Assembly: GCF_006345805.1 (NCBI RefSeq)
Contig: NW_021832792.1
Coordinates: 1 to 32,278 of the forward strand
DNA from: Octopus sinensis
Taxonomy: Eukaryota
Direction: 5' to 3'
Length of the DNA: 32,278 bases
The notes below the pieces were generated by a model. The model was not told the DNA's origin and ran no database searches. It worked only from the letters and a program-made list of their open reading frames with translations. The position numbers and the translations under genes are program-made. Positions 1-13,674 of the stretch are shown here, piece after piece. Positions within the stretch are counted from its first letter, which is position 1. The number at the start of each line of letters is the position of its first letter.

Positions 1-666
1 GACAGATACTGCTATTTAATATATAACGGAGGGGTACATACTTTATGGTGCGACCGAAGCTCCATAAATTATTTGCAAATTGTTTTGTCTTAAATCACAT
101 AGAAATTTTTCTTAAAAATGTTATACGTATAAAATACAAATTTACGTTATACACACACCTTCACTCACACAAAAGTATATACATATATATTTATATACGT
201 GTGTATATATATATATTCGCATACAATATATATGTGTGCATGTGCGTGTATATATACACGTTGTGTGCGTACGCGCGTTTATGCATATTATATGTATATA
301 TATAAACTTTTAAATTGACATATAAGAAAACTTATATTTATATATATATTGCATATAGACTTAAGATTTATACACACACACAGTGCCATGTGTGTGCGTG
401 TGTTTGTATGTAAGCATTTTCGAATATATAATGATATCTATTTAACAATACTTAGACATACATTTGCATATTCTCATATATACTAACCCACACGAACTGA
501 TAAAAAAAAAAAAAACTGTAATAACCCTTGAAAGAAAGTGTAATAAGTTCAGGGTATGGGCACTGCTCATAGTTTGATATATAACAAAATATTAGTAAGA
601 TAATTTATGAAGTACGCAGATAGGCCTCTGTGTGTGTGTGTGTGTGTTGAGTATGTGTGGTGTGTG

Positions 667-699
<33 letters not shown>

Positions 700-859
700 A
701 TATAAGTTTTTAAACGTAAAACAATGCAACACATAATGATACGTAATACAGGTTCGATTGTTAAGAGTATTAAATGAATATTAAATAATTTAGTAACTTT
801 GAGTTTTCGGGGAAATTTGGAGACATCTTTAGATAATGCTACATGAAATATATACTAAT

Positions 860-896
860 CGTATATGTTTATATAAGTATGTATGTATATATATAT

Positions 897-953
<57 letters not shown>

Positions 954-1189
954 CGCATACACATATACTTTTACATACACACACATATTTTCACATGCAT
1001 ATTAATTATATGCTTATATACATGTAATCTATATGTGTATATCTATGTGTATGTCTATAGGCAGATGTATATATATATATATAATATTATATATATATAT
1101 AATATTATATATATAATACATACATATATACATACATATATGTACATAGATTTTATGTGTGTGTGTATATATATATATACACACACAAA

Positions 1190-1230
<41 letters not shown>
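860..1230. repeat. Compound (TA)n/(CA)n/(GT)n microsatellite
   Basis: Directly visible. Confidence 0.95.
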
Positions 1231-1231
<1 letters not shown>

Positions 1232-1626
1232 AATACCTATATATAGCGGCGTTTGCAATATGAATTTGAAACTGTACACGAAATTCATAATTTTGTCTTG
1301 TTTAATGTTATGATACACTTCGAACGTATCGTGTTTTATCTACTGAAGTAAGGTATTTGGCCTTCTAAACGTTTATCTGTACAGATGCGTAAATGTAAGG
1401 GACACAACATGACAATTTTCGCTATATGAAAACACACGATTTTTTATATATATATTGAGAATACATTAAAAATATTTGATTGATGGTAATTGGCATAGTA
1501 TTCTCTTATATCTTTTTATCTAGTTATCTATCTATCTATCTATCTATCTATCAACCTTTCTGTCTGTCTAGGTCTTCTCTCTCACGCTGCTGAATACATA
1601 TATAACGGGAGAGGTTGTTGTGTTTG

Positions 1627-1632
1627 TATATG

Positions 1633-1702
<70 letters not shown>
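1627..1702. repeat. (TA)n(GT)n microsatellite
   Basis: Directly visible. Confidence 0.95.
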
Positions 1703-1705
<3 letters not shown>

Positions 1706-2006
1706 GAGTGATGTTGGAGAGAGAGAAATGGATAGCTTAATAAATAGATGTATAGCGAGAATAAGAGCCCAATTAAAGAGATGCATCCATAAATGTATTA
1801 ATGGATGTATATATGCGGATGATCTTGTTTCAAAGGTGGTACTACTTGCCATTAAATGGCAATACTTATATGAAAACAAACAACAAATAATGAGGGATGG
1901 AGAATCGCCTATACTTTCCTCCCATATCATCTTCGAATATTTTCATTTCTCCTCTCAAAATAAATCATGTTGTATATATATATGCATGTACATCTGTCTC
2001 TCCATC

Positions 2007-2011
2007 TACCC

Positions 2012-2097
<86 letters not shown>

Positions 2098-2135
2098 ATA
2101 TCTATCTATCTATCTATCTGTCTCTATCTATCTAT
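2007..2135. repeat. (TATC)n microsatellite
   Basis: Directly visible. Confidence 0.95.
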
Positions 2136-2646
2136 GCATCTCTGTATAAACACACACGCATACACACACACACATATATATATAAACGTATGTCTATATG
2201 TATAAGCATGCATGTATGTTTATATGTGCATTTGTAGTACATCTATACTTCGGTGATTTAGATATGTAAGCCCTGAGGTAGAGTGCATAATACCTTGAAG
2301 GGTAGTCGGTGTTACGAGATCACTTCTATGTGAATTAGACTCACAGGTCATATGCACATTGAACATATCTGGAAATGCTCAAGTGGAACGTACCCTTATG
2401 TATATTATGAAATGGTACAAGGGAGCGTGTTGGTGTGTGTGCGCGCACGTGTGTATACGCTAAATGTAGTAGAGATACACCATGTGTATATACCTGCGTA
2501 CATACATATGTATGAGTGTGTGCGTGCGTGCATTTATTTATGTATACGCATATATATATATATGTATATGTGTGTGTGTGTGTGCGTGTGTATCAAGCTC
2601 TCTCTTCCTCTCTCTCTCTCTCTCTTGAAATTATATATATACATTC

Positions 2647-2685
<39 letters not shown>

Positions 2686-3244
2686 ATAGATATATATGCA
2701 TATATATATATGTATATATATGCATATATGTATACATGTAATTTATAATATTTATATATTAACTAATGTACGTTAATTTGATTAGTAATTATCTTATCGA
2801 ATTAAGATCCGGAGATTTATCACTGGTAGTGGACTCTGGGTCCGACAGAATTTGAACCGATATCGTAAAAGAAAGAAACAAAAAAACTTCGAAAAACAAA
2901 AAGGAGAAGAAAATTTAGAGAAATGCATTGATGCATTATATGTGTCGACATTGTAAATAATAACATTTATAATAGTACTACTACTGAAGAACGACGCTAA
3001 TCAGCATGAAACGAAAGGAAGGCAGATAAAGAAAAAATAAAATGTGAATCATAACGGTTAGCACATAATACATGAAAATCGGCATTTAAAAAGTAATAGA
3101 AAAAGACAAAACATAAAGATTCCTAGATGCAAATTTCTCTGTAAACATGAAATCATGAGCGCAAATAACATTTAAGGGCGAAATGTAGAATAAGACACAT
3201 GAAACGAGTGTGATTAAGGCCTTATGTTAAAATATTCACACACA

Positions 3245-3267
3245 TACTGTGCTGAGGTGTATATATA

Positions 3268-3319
<52 letters not shown>

Positions 3320-3800
3320 TATTATAGAACATTGTACGTAATATATACACACAGGCACAGATTCTCACATATGCATATCCGCATATTGGTGTATATATGT
3401 GTGCGTGTGCACATCTACATAGACCAACATTCATATATGTATACATGCATATTTACATGCATACATACATGCATATATATGCATGTATGTATATATATAT
3501 GTGTGTGTCTGTGTGTATGAGTAATATATAAATACATATATATATATAACATATATATATATATATATAGATATATATATACATATATATGTGTACATAT
3601 AAATATACATATATAAATGTACATATATATACATATATAAATACATATATATATATGTATATATTTAAGTATGTATATACATATGTATGTATATGTGAAT
3701 ATATATAGTCATACCCACATACATAGATAGGTAGAAGAACAGTTCAGTACATATATACATACATACATACATATATACATACATACGTACGTACGTACAG
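3245..3800. repeat. Compound TA/CATA low-complexity block
   Basis: Directly visible. Confidence 0.9.
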
Positions 3801-3883
3801 ACATATGAGTATGGGCACACAGTTCTAGTATAGTTTTCATCTATGCAAATCGATGTATAAAAATTGTCAAATTTGCTTAATAT

Positions 3884-3897
3884 AATAATAATAATAA

Positions 3898-3956
<59 letters not shown>

Positions 3957-3990
3957 GCAACAACATTAATAATATTAATAATAATAATTA
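3884..3990. repeat. (AAT)n(GAA)n(AAT)n microsatellite
   Basis: Directly visible. Confidence 0.95.
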
Positions 3991-4185
3991 GTTGATTGTA
4001 GTTAATATTAATAATTCATTTAAATTATAAGTCGAAATATTTCTTTGTATATTTGTGTCTGATTCTATGCGTAAGTGAGTATGTGTGTTTTCGTGTTAGT
4101 GAGTTTGAAATAAAAGATTGAGATAAGAAAACAAGGAGGCAGACATTTCAAGTACTCTTTAATATTATGTTTATATTACTTCTTT

Positions 4186-4234
4186 GTATGTATGTATGTA
4201 TGTATGTATGTATGTATGTATGTATGTATGTATG

Positions 4235-4288
<54 letters not shown>

Positions 4289-4318
4289 CTTATCTATCTA
4301 TCCATATGTATCTCTATC

Positions 4319-4392
<74 letters not shown>
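4186..4392. repeat. (TATG)n(TATC)n(TA)n microsatellite
   Basis: Directly visible. Confidence 0.95.
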
Positions 4393-4396
<4 letters not shown>

Positions 4397-4706
4397 TATA
4401 TTTTTTTCAGTACTTCGATTGATTGAAGAACAACTTAGCTATCCATATATCATTCGATTCGATATGTTATATTATCTGTTTCAACTGTGTACACACACAC
4501 ACAACACACACCACACACACGCACACACACACGCACACACTGTCTTTCTCTGTCTGCCTCTCTCTCTGCCTTTCTCTCTCTCTCTGCCCCCTCTCTCTCT
4601 GTTTAAATACACGCACACATATACAAACATACTTATATACATATATACATGCATACACATGAGCATTTCTGTATGCGAGTTTTGTGCATGAGTATACACA
4701 CACACA

Positions 4707-4758
<52 letters not shown>

Positions 4759-5002
4759 TACATGGCTACCTATGCACAAATCTTTGAGCTCGTATTTCTG
4801 TCTATCTGTATATATGTCGGTCCAGTTTTATATTTTTCCCTACTTTTGTCTTTATCGTTATTTTCCCTGTTGTTCTACGTCGCTTATGTACTCCCTGTTG
4901 TTTTCTATCTATGCATTTATTGCTGGTAAATGTGTGTGTTTATTCGCGCTTCCGTGTATGCGCAGGCGTGTCTTGTGCGTGTGTGTCTCTGTGTGTGTGT
5001 GT

Positions 5003-5033
<31 letters not shown>

Positions 5034-5265
5034 TGTATGTGTGTGTGTTTTTTTCGTTTTGTACGGTTATGTAAATTCTTTTATTTGGTTTGAGAAGTTA
5101 TGTTCTTTTAAACCAAGTTCAAATAGTTTCGATGTTGCTATTATTTTTTTTCTCTCTCTTTTGCACTTTAGATTGTATTCATAGATACGTAGATATTCAC
5201 GCTTACACATATAGGCATACATATGAATGCATGTGTATATGCATGTAATTATATATACCTATATG

Positions 5266-5301
<36 letters not shown>

Positions 5302-6409
5302 ACACTTATCTTTCTATCTCTCTCTGTATATATAGATATATATATATATATGTATGTATATATATATATATAAATTAATAATGATAATAATTTTAATCTA
5401 TATCAAGGTAGTTTAGAACTCAGTATGGAACGCTGACTATGCATTAACTTTTGTCAGCCCTAGATTGCTGCAGTAGGGGCTTTAATTGCGCATAGTTTCG
5501 AAGAAAGTTAGTCACGAAACACAATGAGCTTGAGTTACTCCTGTAGTACTCTCAGCTAATAAAATTATGGTGTTTTGGAGCAGCGGTTCCCCTAGCAAAT
5601 AATGTATAATGTGTGTGTGAGTGCGTGTGTGTGTGTGAGTGTGTGTGTGTTTGTGTGCATGTTTTGCTTTCTATACCTACATGCATACGTACAAATTTAC
5701 ATAATGCCTACCTACCAACATACGTGCATATATAAATATATATATATATATATATACATACATATATGTATCTATCTATTCATGAGTATATATTATATAT
5801 ATATATATATTATATATATATTCAAATATACATGCATGTTTGCATATGTATATATGTGTGTATATATACACATACTAACACACGCATATATAAATACGTT
5901 GACACACACACATACATGCACACTTTTCATATTGCGTATACACATTACACAGTAATGATGTAATGATTTAATTCTGTATAGTATTAATAAATCCCGTTAA
6001 AATTACTACGTCTACTGTTATTATTATCATCATCAATATTATCATTATTATCGTTGTTATTGTTGTTGTTGTTGTTGTTGTTGTTGTTATTAGCATCGTC
6101 ACCCCCCGGCTCCCCTCAGCGCTAACTACCATCATCGTCATGAAAATTTACTGATTCCCGGAGCAAACCGCGTCTGATTTACTAGCGTTCCACTAATAAA
6201 TCTGTTAACACCTTCACTATAAGAATAGGCGCATCGATTTGAAATAGGAGACATTGAGAACGAGGGAAAAACAAACGAGTTTGACTTGACATATTCCAAG
6301 CAGTCGCACACACGTACACACCGGTTTCTCTTAGATTTGCACAACAATCAAACTCTTGCACTCACGCATGAATTATATATAGATATATGTGAATATAACA
6401 AGTATGTCA

Positions 6410-6800
6410 TTACAGATATATATATATATATATATATGTATACGTGTGTGGCGTGTGTGTGCCCATGTGTGTGTGTGTGTTTGTGTGAGTGTATGTGACT
6501 GCTACTGTGTTTGTGTATGAGTGATTGTCTGTCTGTGTGTGTGTGTGTGTGTGTATGCAGATGTGCGTACATATATGCATCCATATATGCATTTGTATTA
6601 GAAAGCATTGCATGCGAGTGTACGTATGAGTACACGTTTTTGTACACAGCTGTATGCATGTATACCTATACGTATATATACACACATATACACACACACG
6701 CACGCGCACATACACGCTGTCAATCACTTATATATATTATCGTATGCTATGTATGTATATATACACATGTTTATACAAATATGTATGTATGTGCATATAT

Positions 6801-6846
<46 letters not shown>

Positions 6847-6903
6847 TTCATACATATATATATATACGTATATACTTACACACACATACATATATATATA
6901 CAT

Positions 6904-6942
<39 letters not shown>

Positions 6943-6961
6943 CATATACATATACATATAT

Positions 6962-6993
<32 letters not shown>

Positions 6994-7000
6994 CATACAT
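6410..7000. repeat. Compound TA/GT/CA microsatellite block
   Basis: Directly visible. Confidence 0.9.
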
Positions 7001-7004
7001 AAAC

Positions 7005-7822
7005 ACTCTTGTACTCTTTTACTCGAGGCTGCGTCATGCTGGAGCACCACCGTGGACTCATTTCTTCAGTCTGGGGTGTTTCACATCACCACTTCTGTAT
7101 GAGCCTTTATCCCAGCTGTTGGCCCCTTAGGTGTATAAGGGAGTTTTATTCCGCTGCCCTCGTCTGGACCTCATGTTGGACTGTTGGTTCATCCGTTATT
7201 GTGGAGAGTAGGATGTCTAGTTCCTTTCCGAGACATCTACATCCACCTTATGCAGATTTCTTAATTTTTGTGGCAGGGCATTGAAGAGCTGTGGGTCTTT
7301 GTACCCTAGAATGTTGTAGTACCTGGTCCTGAATTTAGAGTGGACGGTACATTTAGTATAATACAATGGCGGCCAGTTCTGACATTTGTACGACTCTTAA
7401 TACCGAAATGATGTACTAGCCCTGCTAGAGTTTTCCATATCCAAATTATTGTATATCTCTTGTACCTTCGCTCCAGGAAGTGAAGTTGCAGTCTCTTCAG
7501 CCTGTAGTTTATTGCTATAGCTCATCAGCTGCATTGTTGCATTTTTTTTTAGTGTACAGGCGTTGCACTACTCCAAGCTCTGCTGTTAGTATGGCACTAT
7601 GTGGTGACTATAACTGGGAGCTGAGAACAAAGGTTCTCGTCAGAGTCAACATAGTTTCTTGGTCTCTTGTCTTGAAGGACCTCAGTATCCATCCTGTCAG
7701 TTGTCTGCACTTTGCTACCATCTTGCTAATGTGCATATAAATGTGTCATTGCACATACTGATCCCCGAGTCTTTCACTTCTTGTGACTCTGTGACTGTAG
7801 TGCCTTCGGGTCCTGCATAATC
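7005..7822 (-). mobile_element. 5'-truncated, decayed CR1-group LINE (RT C-terminal region plus 3' UTR)
   Basis: Minus-strand translation across frameshifts and stops: EVKDSGISM.., HISKMVAKCRQLTGWILRSFKTRDQETMLTL, ELGVVQRLYTKK, RLKRLQLHFLERRYKRYTIIWIWKTLAGLV, DPQLFNALPQKLRNLHKVDVDV, ELDILLSTITDEPT. These match CR1/L2-group post-RT motifs. Ends in GGTGCTCCAGCATG...GAGTAAAAGAG. Confidence 0.9.
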
Positions 7823-7829
7823 AAAGAAG

Positions 7830-7995
7830 ATCAAAAGAGCTGGACAGGTAAGGAAACAGCAAACGAGGTGTATTAGTTTGAGTCTCATGCAGAATGGAAG
7901 AGTCCTTGGTGTTTCGAGCCTTTAACAAAAGGGAATGAAAAGCGAACCCAGGCGGATAGAGGAGAAAAAGGAAAGAAAAAGGTATCTGGATTAAC
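7830..7995 (-). repeat. Degenerate paralog of 31696-31875
   Basis: GACAGGT...TGTATTAGT...AGAGTC...GTTTCGAGCC...GAGAAAAA colinear with 31718-31848. Confidence 0.5.
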
Positions 7996-8059
7996 GGTTA
8001 CACACACATGCACATGTGCAATCACAGACACAGATGCAGTACACACTCATATTTATGTA

Positions 8060-8306
<247 letters not shown>

Positions 8307-8307
8307 A

Positions 8308-8522
8308 CTAGTTGGTGCTGAAAATTTTGGGGTTTTAAGAGTGTCGCGAAAGGGCTGGTTGGGGCCCAAATTTCCGAGTTCTTTTACAAGGTTTAAGAAA
8401 ACTGAAGGAGTGCTACAATAACTGTGAATCTGAGAAGTTGAATATGTTGAATAAAATTATGATTAATTGAGACTCCTGTATTTTCATTTACACCAACCAG
8501 GGAAAATTTTAGCATCACCTTG
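8308..8522 (+). mobile_element. Mariner-derived MITE with transposase C-terminal remnant
   Basis: Flanking TA at 8306-07 and 8523-24. Termini including the TA, TACTAGTTGGTGCTGAAAATTTT versus reverse complement TACAAGGTGATGCT-AAAATTTT, match at 19/23. Internal frameshifted KLKECYNNC / EVEYVE* resembles the mariner KC...GEYVE* ending. Confidence 0.72.
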
Positions 8523-8808
8523 TATATCTGTATGTATGCAGAAAATACACTCTAATCTAAACACTTTAGAGGATATTTCCCTGACTACAATAACGAAATG
8601 TAAACAAATAGAATTTCATCCATTACGACTTGGAGTTTTATGTTTACATACTTTCTGGTCTGATGATCGTTATACATGAAACGGAATTCTTGAATTTGTG
8701 AAGATTCCGTTTAAATAAACTGCGTTTCTATAATTTCTTTTCCCAGGCGTTCCATCGTCTTTAGACTCTTCTATCTTGCCCCTCAAACAGCCATCTATTT
8801 TTTATGAT

Positions 8809-9110
8809 GTTTGTTTCTTCTCAAGCCATGCATAGCTCATAGGGGACGGTTTTCCGGTTTCCTTGGCGTAAGGGTTCCCCACTTGGACGGGACGCCGTTC
8901 CGTCGCCGGTGAGCTGCAAGATGCAGGAGGAAAGAGTGAGAGAAAGTTGTGGCGAAAGAGTCAGCAGAAGTTCGCCATTACTTGCTGATGGAGCCGCGTG
9001 GAGCTTAGGTGTTTCACTCATAAACACACACATTTCCCGGTCTGAGATTCGAACCCGCCATCCTTTGACCGCGAGTCCGCTACTCTACCCACTAGGCCAT
9101 GTGCCTCCAC
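8809..9110 (-). mobile_element. tRNA-derived SINE with the same head and first module as 21294-21674 but a different 3' half
   Basis: Head GTGGAGGCACATGGCCTAGTGGGTAG ... GGTTCGAATC; shares AAACACCTAAGCTCCACG and CACAACTTTCTCTCACTCTT with the 21.3 kb copy; 3' half shares GCGTCCCGTCCA..GGGGAAC...ACGCCA..GAAACC with 27224-27478. Possible degenerate TSD TATT(T/G)TTATGAT. Confidence 0.85.
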
Positions 9111-9829
9111 TATTGTTATGATAATCATTATCATGTATTTGCGAATTACAACACTGTTTGATCACAAGTAATGAGCCCACACATCTTAAAATTTCATCCA
9201 TATTGTTCAAGGACAAGGAATCTTTCAGAATATCGTTTTACACTTAATAGTTTGTAGACTGGCATATTGCTTTTTGCTTGGAGCTCTATAATTGCTGTAT
9301 TCTGATTGCATCTGTAATGGTACCTGTCATTCGAACATTTTATTTTTGCATATAAGACTCATGTCTCACAATTTTTTGCATTAATATGGACTATATAGTG
9401 TTCAACGGTTTCAAAATTGCGTGTATCTTACAGGATCAGCTATGAAAGTTTTGCGAGTGTACACACCTGCATCTCTCTATACACACACAAACACACAAAC
9501 AAACATGTATATATATATACATATAATCAAAATAAGCAACAAGTGTATCTTCGGTAATTTTGTACGATCGCTACTTCATTTTATTAAACATTGTAAGTAT
9601 TACATCAGTTTTAAAATGTTGAGCACACTTCAGCCATTTATAGAAGTCTTCCATCAAACGGAAAATACATATACTTATTGTGTGTATATATATATATATA
9701 CATACAAACATGTCTCTCTTCCTCTCTCTCTTTCTACATATATATATATATATATTCATCGTATGATGTTGCATGTTAATTTAGTGCATTTGTTTTGGGT
9801 TTTTTTTACTGGATGCTGCACAGAATCAG

Positions 9830-10010
9830 GTTTTGCTGAATTGTCGGAGCGTCGATTACAATGACGTCTAGTATTTCCTTGCGGCATTTAAAACTCTGCG
9901 TTCGAATCGTGCCGGGGTCAAATTTGTCTTCGTTTTCCGGTGTAGATAACATATTTCAGTCGATATAATCGATTGCTCTCCTTCCCTAAATTTGAGAATC
10001 GATTATTTTA
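9830..10010 (+). mobile_element. Degenerate family C SINE
   Basis: GTTCGAATCGTGCCGGGGTCAAATTTGTCTT and GTCGATATAATCGA match the 15658 copy. Confidence 0.5.
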
Positions 10011-10160
10011 TTTTTTTCTATTATTGATTGTTTTCGTTTCTTTGGTGCACTGTCTCAGATTTTAGGGTAAGTGTGAATAATCGATTTCAATCGAACATAC
10101 CACCCTCCTCTCACTAAAAACTACTTTTCCTGATTCATTGTTATTAAAACTAAAAACACA

Positions 10161-10258
<98 letters not shown>

Positions 10259-10268
10259 CATTATTATC

Positions 10269-10299
<31 letters not shown>

Positions 10300-10309
10300 T
10301 TATTATCAC

Positions 10310-10353
<44 letters not shown>

Positions 10354-10397
10354 TATTATTATTATTATATTATTTTTATTATTATTATTATTATTAT
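10161..10397. repeat. (ATT)n/(TAA)n microsatellite at the 3' end of the R4-type LINE
   Basis: Directly visible trinucleotide array with few interruptions. Confidence 0.97.
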
Positions 10398-12470
10398 CTC
10401 TTATCTTATTTTATTGAGTATGATGGAGAGTATCAGTAACTACATCCAGCAGACTAAAGGGGCACGTGTTTTGCAGATCATACTTGAAGAACCCTACAGA
10501 GAATTCTTGCACTTCCAAGCAATTGTGGTTTTTCTAGGTTTCTCTCTTTTTTCCCCCAATATTTATGAACAACGTTGTTAGTTGTGTACTGATATTTCCG
10601 AGCGCACCGATCGTTATTGGTATCACGTCCGCTCTCTCTCCATTGCCTACAACCCTCTTGTTTCTCACTTCAATCCACCGTAGTTCACTTTTCCTTTTTT
10701 TTTTCTCCTTAATCCTGTTGTCACCAGGACAAGCTATGTCAATTATCATACATGTTTTTTCCTCTTTTCTCTTCACCACAACAATATCAGGTTTCCGATG
10801 TCTAATCTGATGGTACACTGAATCATCGCATCGTACACGATTTTGTAATCCTTATTCTCAGCAACATCTTCCGGGATTTGGTTATACTAAGTTTTTGATA
10901 TTTTTAGGCCACGATTTTCAGAGGTCTCCAATGAATCATTCTTGCCACATTGTCATGCCCCCTTTTGTATTAAGGTTCTGTTACTTTCTGCAATTCCCTA
11001 ACAATGTGAAATACTGCCTCATTCCTAACACCACACATTCTGCATTTGTCACTTTCGGTTGTGTTGTCAGCTCTGCATTTCACATAGTTTGTCCTCAAAT
11101 CTTGTTCTTGTGCCTCGCATATAAGCGCTTCTGTTTCTCTCTTCAGGTCACTCTTCCGCATCCATAACGATTTATCTTCAGCATCTGTCTTGACACTCGT
11201 ATTTCTCCAAGCTGGCCGTACATTTTCCCCCTCCTTTCTATAGTGTTTCTTTTTCACGTTCTTTTTCGCTTTAACTTTCTCATTCTCAACACAGTTATTA
11301 GTTTGGATAATGCTAGACTTCTTCACATGCATCAACAATGGTTCCGCGGCACTTTTCTTACATACCGCCATAACCTGTGTTCCTCTGATTCAATACGATC
11401 CTGACAACTGATCAAACCTCACCAACTCTTTCTTCTGGACAAGTCCAACTCTTGGAATGGAATATTCTGTGCAATGCCAATATATTCTCTCTCTTCGTAT
11501 TCATACTTATCAATTCTTTCTTTCCCCAATTTCTGATTACAGTTCCGTACCGAACTGATGCTGTCGTCCATGTATTTACTGCTTAGATATGATTCAATCC
11601 AGTCAATTTTGAGCAACTGATATCCCAGGTTCCTATTCTTCAATATCAAGTTCAGAATGATCATGCAAAGTACAAAAAGCAATGGAGATAAGCTACCTCC
11701 TTGGAAAATATCCAGGTTTTCCCAAGCTTTGTCCGTACGAAGACAAATAAGTTTACTAACCCACCATACATCTCTTTGGAAAACATGTTGTATTCCTTGC
11801 AATTTCAAACATACCAAAACAATTGATGATATGCGAATATGGAAGAATTGCGGTAATCTATCCAGGCCATTCCCAAATTTATCTATCTTCACTTACACTC
11901 TCGCATTTTCATTTTATTTATCAATAATTGACCTTTGCTACCGTTGCATTCCCTGGTACGACCTTTTTTTGTTCCATTGGTAAAATGTCATTATTATCAA
12001 GAAATTTGTACATTTCTTCTGTAATCCCACCTGACAGTAAATTCCACTTTAATGGAAGGCAAGGAATTGGCCTTTAATTGACGGCAGCATTTTCTTTCGA
12101 TACATTCTTCAAGCACTACACTGTTCGTCTTTTGGTCAAACACCCAGGAATTTCTTCCGCTCCATCAATCAATGCATTAAATTGCTCTGAAACCAATTTG
12201 TGGCACCTACTGAACTTTTTCTTTTTTATCTAAAATCCCTGTACACCATCAGTCCTGCTGCATTCCAATTGCTCATCGTTTTGCTATTTCTGATACTGTC
12301 CTCAGTAAAGGAGATAGCTTCTTGCGGGAGATAAGAAGCTGTTTGCTTCAGAATGCAGCGCCATTCAACTCCAGTGTTGTGTTGTCCTTCTTTACTCCAT
12401 ACCCCACCCCAATACTGTCGACTTCCAAATGCATCAGGTACTAAGCATGTTATATCATAGTTAATTTTTT
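10398..12470 (-). mobile_element. Decayed R4/Dong-type non-LTR retrotransposon (RT, CCHC knuckle, restriction-like endonuclease), 5'-truncated
   Basis: Minus strand: RPIPCLPLKWNLLSG, GSKGQLLINK, LGMAWIDYR, FQGGSLSPLLF, YMDD (RT); CRMCGVRNEAVFHIV (CCHC knuckle); HRKPDIVVV..TCMIIDIACPGD (PD-(D/E)xK RLE); PITIGALG; C-terminal LLGSARILCRVLQV* with stop at 10480-10478. Many stops and frameshifts. Confidence 0.9.
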
Positions 12471-12624
12471 GGAGTGTTAGAAGTTGAGCAAACTAAAGCC
12501 TGAAGTAAATTCAAGACACAATAATAAATTTTAATCTCATAACACAGTAATATGCGTCGATATTAACACATCAAGATTTATAAAATACGTAAATTCACGC
12601 TGCCCGCAAGTTACTGTTAATTAA

Positions 12625-12700
12625 TTATTATTATTTCTGCATTGCTACTACTACTGCTACTGCTGCTGCTGCTGCTGTTGTTGTTGTTGTTGTTGTTGTT
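12625..12700. repeat. (ATT)/(CTA)/(CTG)/(GTT) trinucleotide run
   Basis: Directly visible. Confidence 0.9.
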
Positions 12701-12814
12701 TACTACGCACTTGTACTTCATGAAAACCTCCCGCAGTTTTGGTTTATATAGTTTCTCCTTATTTTCCCCTCATCGTTTTGGCCCTTTATAACGAACAAAA
12801 TAAATCATTACTTT

Positions 12815-13010
12815 CATTATCAGAATTGCGAAGGGGGGAAAGGTGCTTAGCAGCATTTCATTCATCTTGTTCTGAGTTCAAATGCCACCGAGACCGTTGG
12901 TTTTTTGCTTTTTTTTGTGTGTGCCTTTCATCATTTTGGAGTCAATGTAATACATGACAGTTGTTCATAGGGGTCAGTGTAATCGAGTACCCCTCCACTC
13001 CACGAGAATT
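12815..13010 (+). mobile_element. Degenerate family C SINE
   Basis: TGCTTAGCAGCATTTC...TTCTGAGTTCAAATGCCACCGAG and GGGGTCAGTGTAATCGA match the 15658 copy. Confidence 0.6.
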
Positions 13011-13674
13011 TCAGATTTTATATTTATAACAATGATGATAATCATCATTACTATTAATATTATTATAAAATTTTTCAAGTTACACCTAAATATGAAGCGG
13101 AGTGTCAAAGGTGGAATCATTGCCCTTCGTTAAAATAGCTGAAACGCTGGTGAGAGTGAAGATGTGACCTGGCTCAACGAATGAGCCTACCCTAAACATG
13201 CCACTCATGGCTGGAGACCACAATTACAATCAAGGTAATCCAGGACCTTGGAGAAATCTTTCAGGATAGTTAAATATGCCTCACTTTTGGATACAACTAC
13301 GATATATCTCACATCACTGTGTTATAAAAGATATTTGATAGTTTTTTTCTTTTCCATAATATTCGTTTTGTAACTTGCCCTTCTTTGGGTTCCACATTTA
13401 GGCTTCAGCCTTTTCCCATTAAAAGAAAGCGTTGTTTAACAGCAAGTCTACCAGGTTTTTATTCCAACATTGCTACAAGTTACATTACCGGTTACGTCAA
13501 CGAGGATGCTTGTCCTCAAACCCAGAATCGCTAAGGAAGAATTAAAATGGAAGCAAGTAGTGGTTCTTTCTTCCATTCTCATAGCGTTATGATGAGCAGG
13601 AAGACTTAGTGGAAGAAGTGGGCATGTACTTGAGGAAGCAATGAACTGGGAACAAAGACACCCAAGAAAAAAAT

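Noticed and set aside
2789-2956. Protein-like frame IRRFITGSGLWVRQNLNRYRKRKKQKNF...
   Set aside because: No start codon, a weak acceptor, and A-rich composition explains the Lys runs.
2984-3015. CTGAAGA...GCT-AATC-AGC...GAAAC
   Set aside because: No NUH triplet, stem III or stem I.
8651-8720. CTGATGA...GAAAC followed by a 12-bp hairpin closing on GTT
   Set aside because: Stems I and II cannot form, so it is not a complete hammerhead; at most an old relic.
13080-13310. Faint resemblance to an RLE-LINE C-terminus (IVKYASLLDTTTI)
   Set aside because: Too diverged to support.
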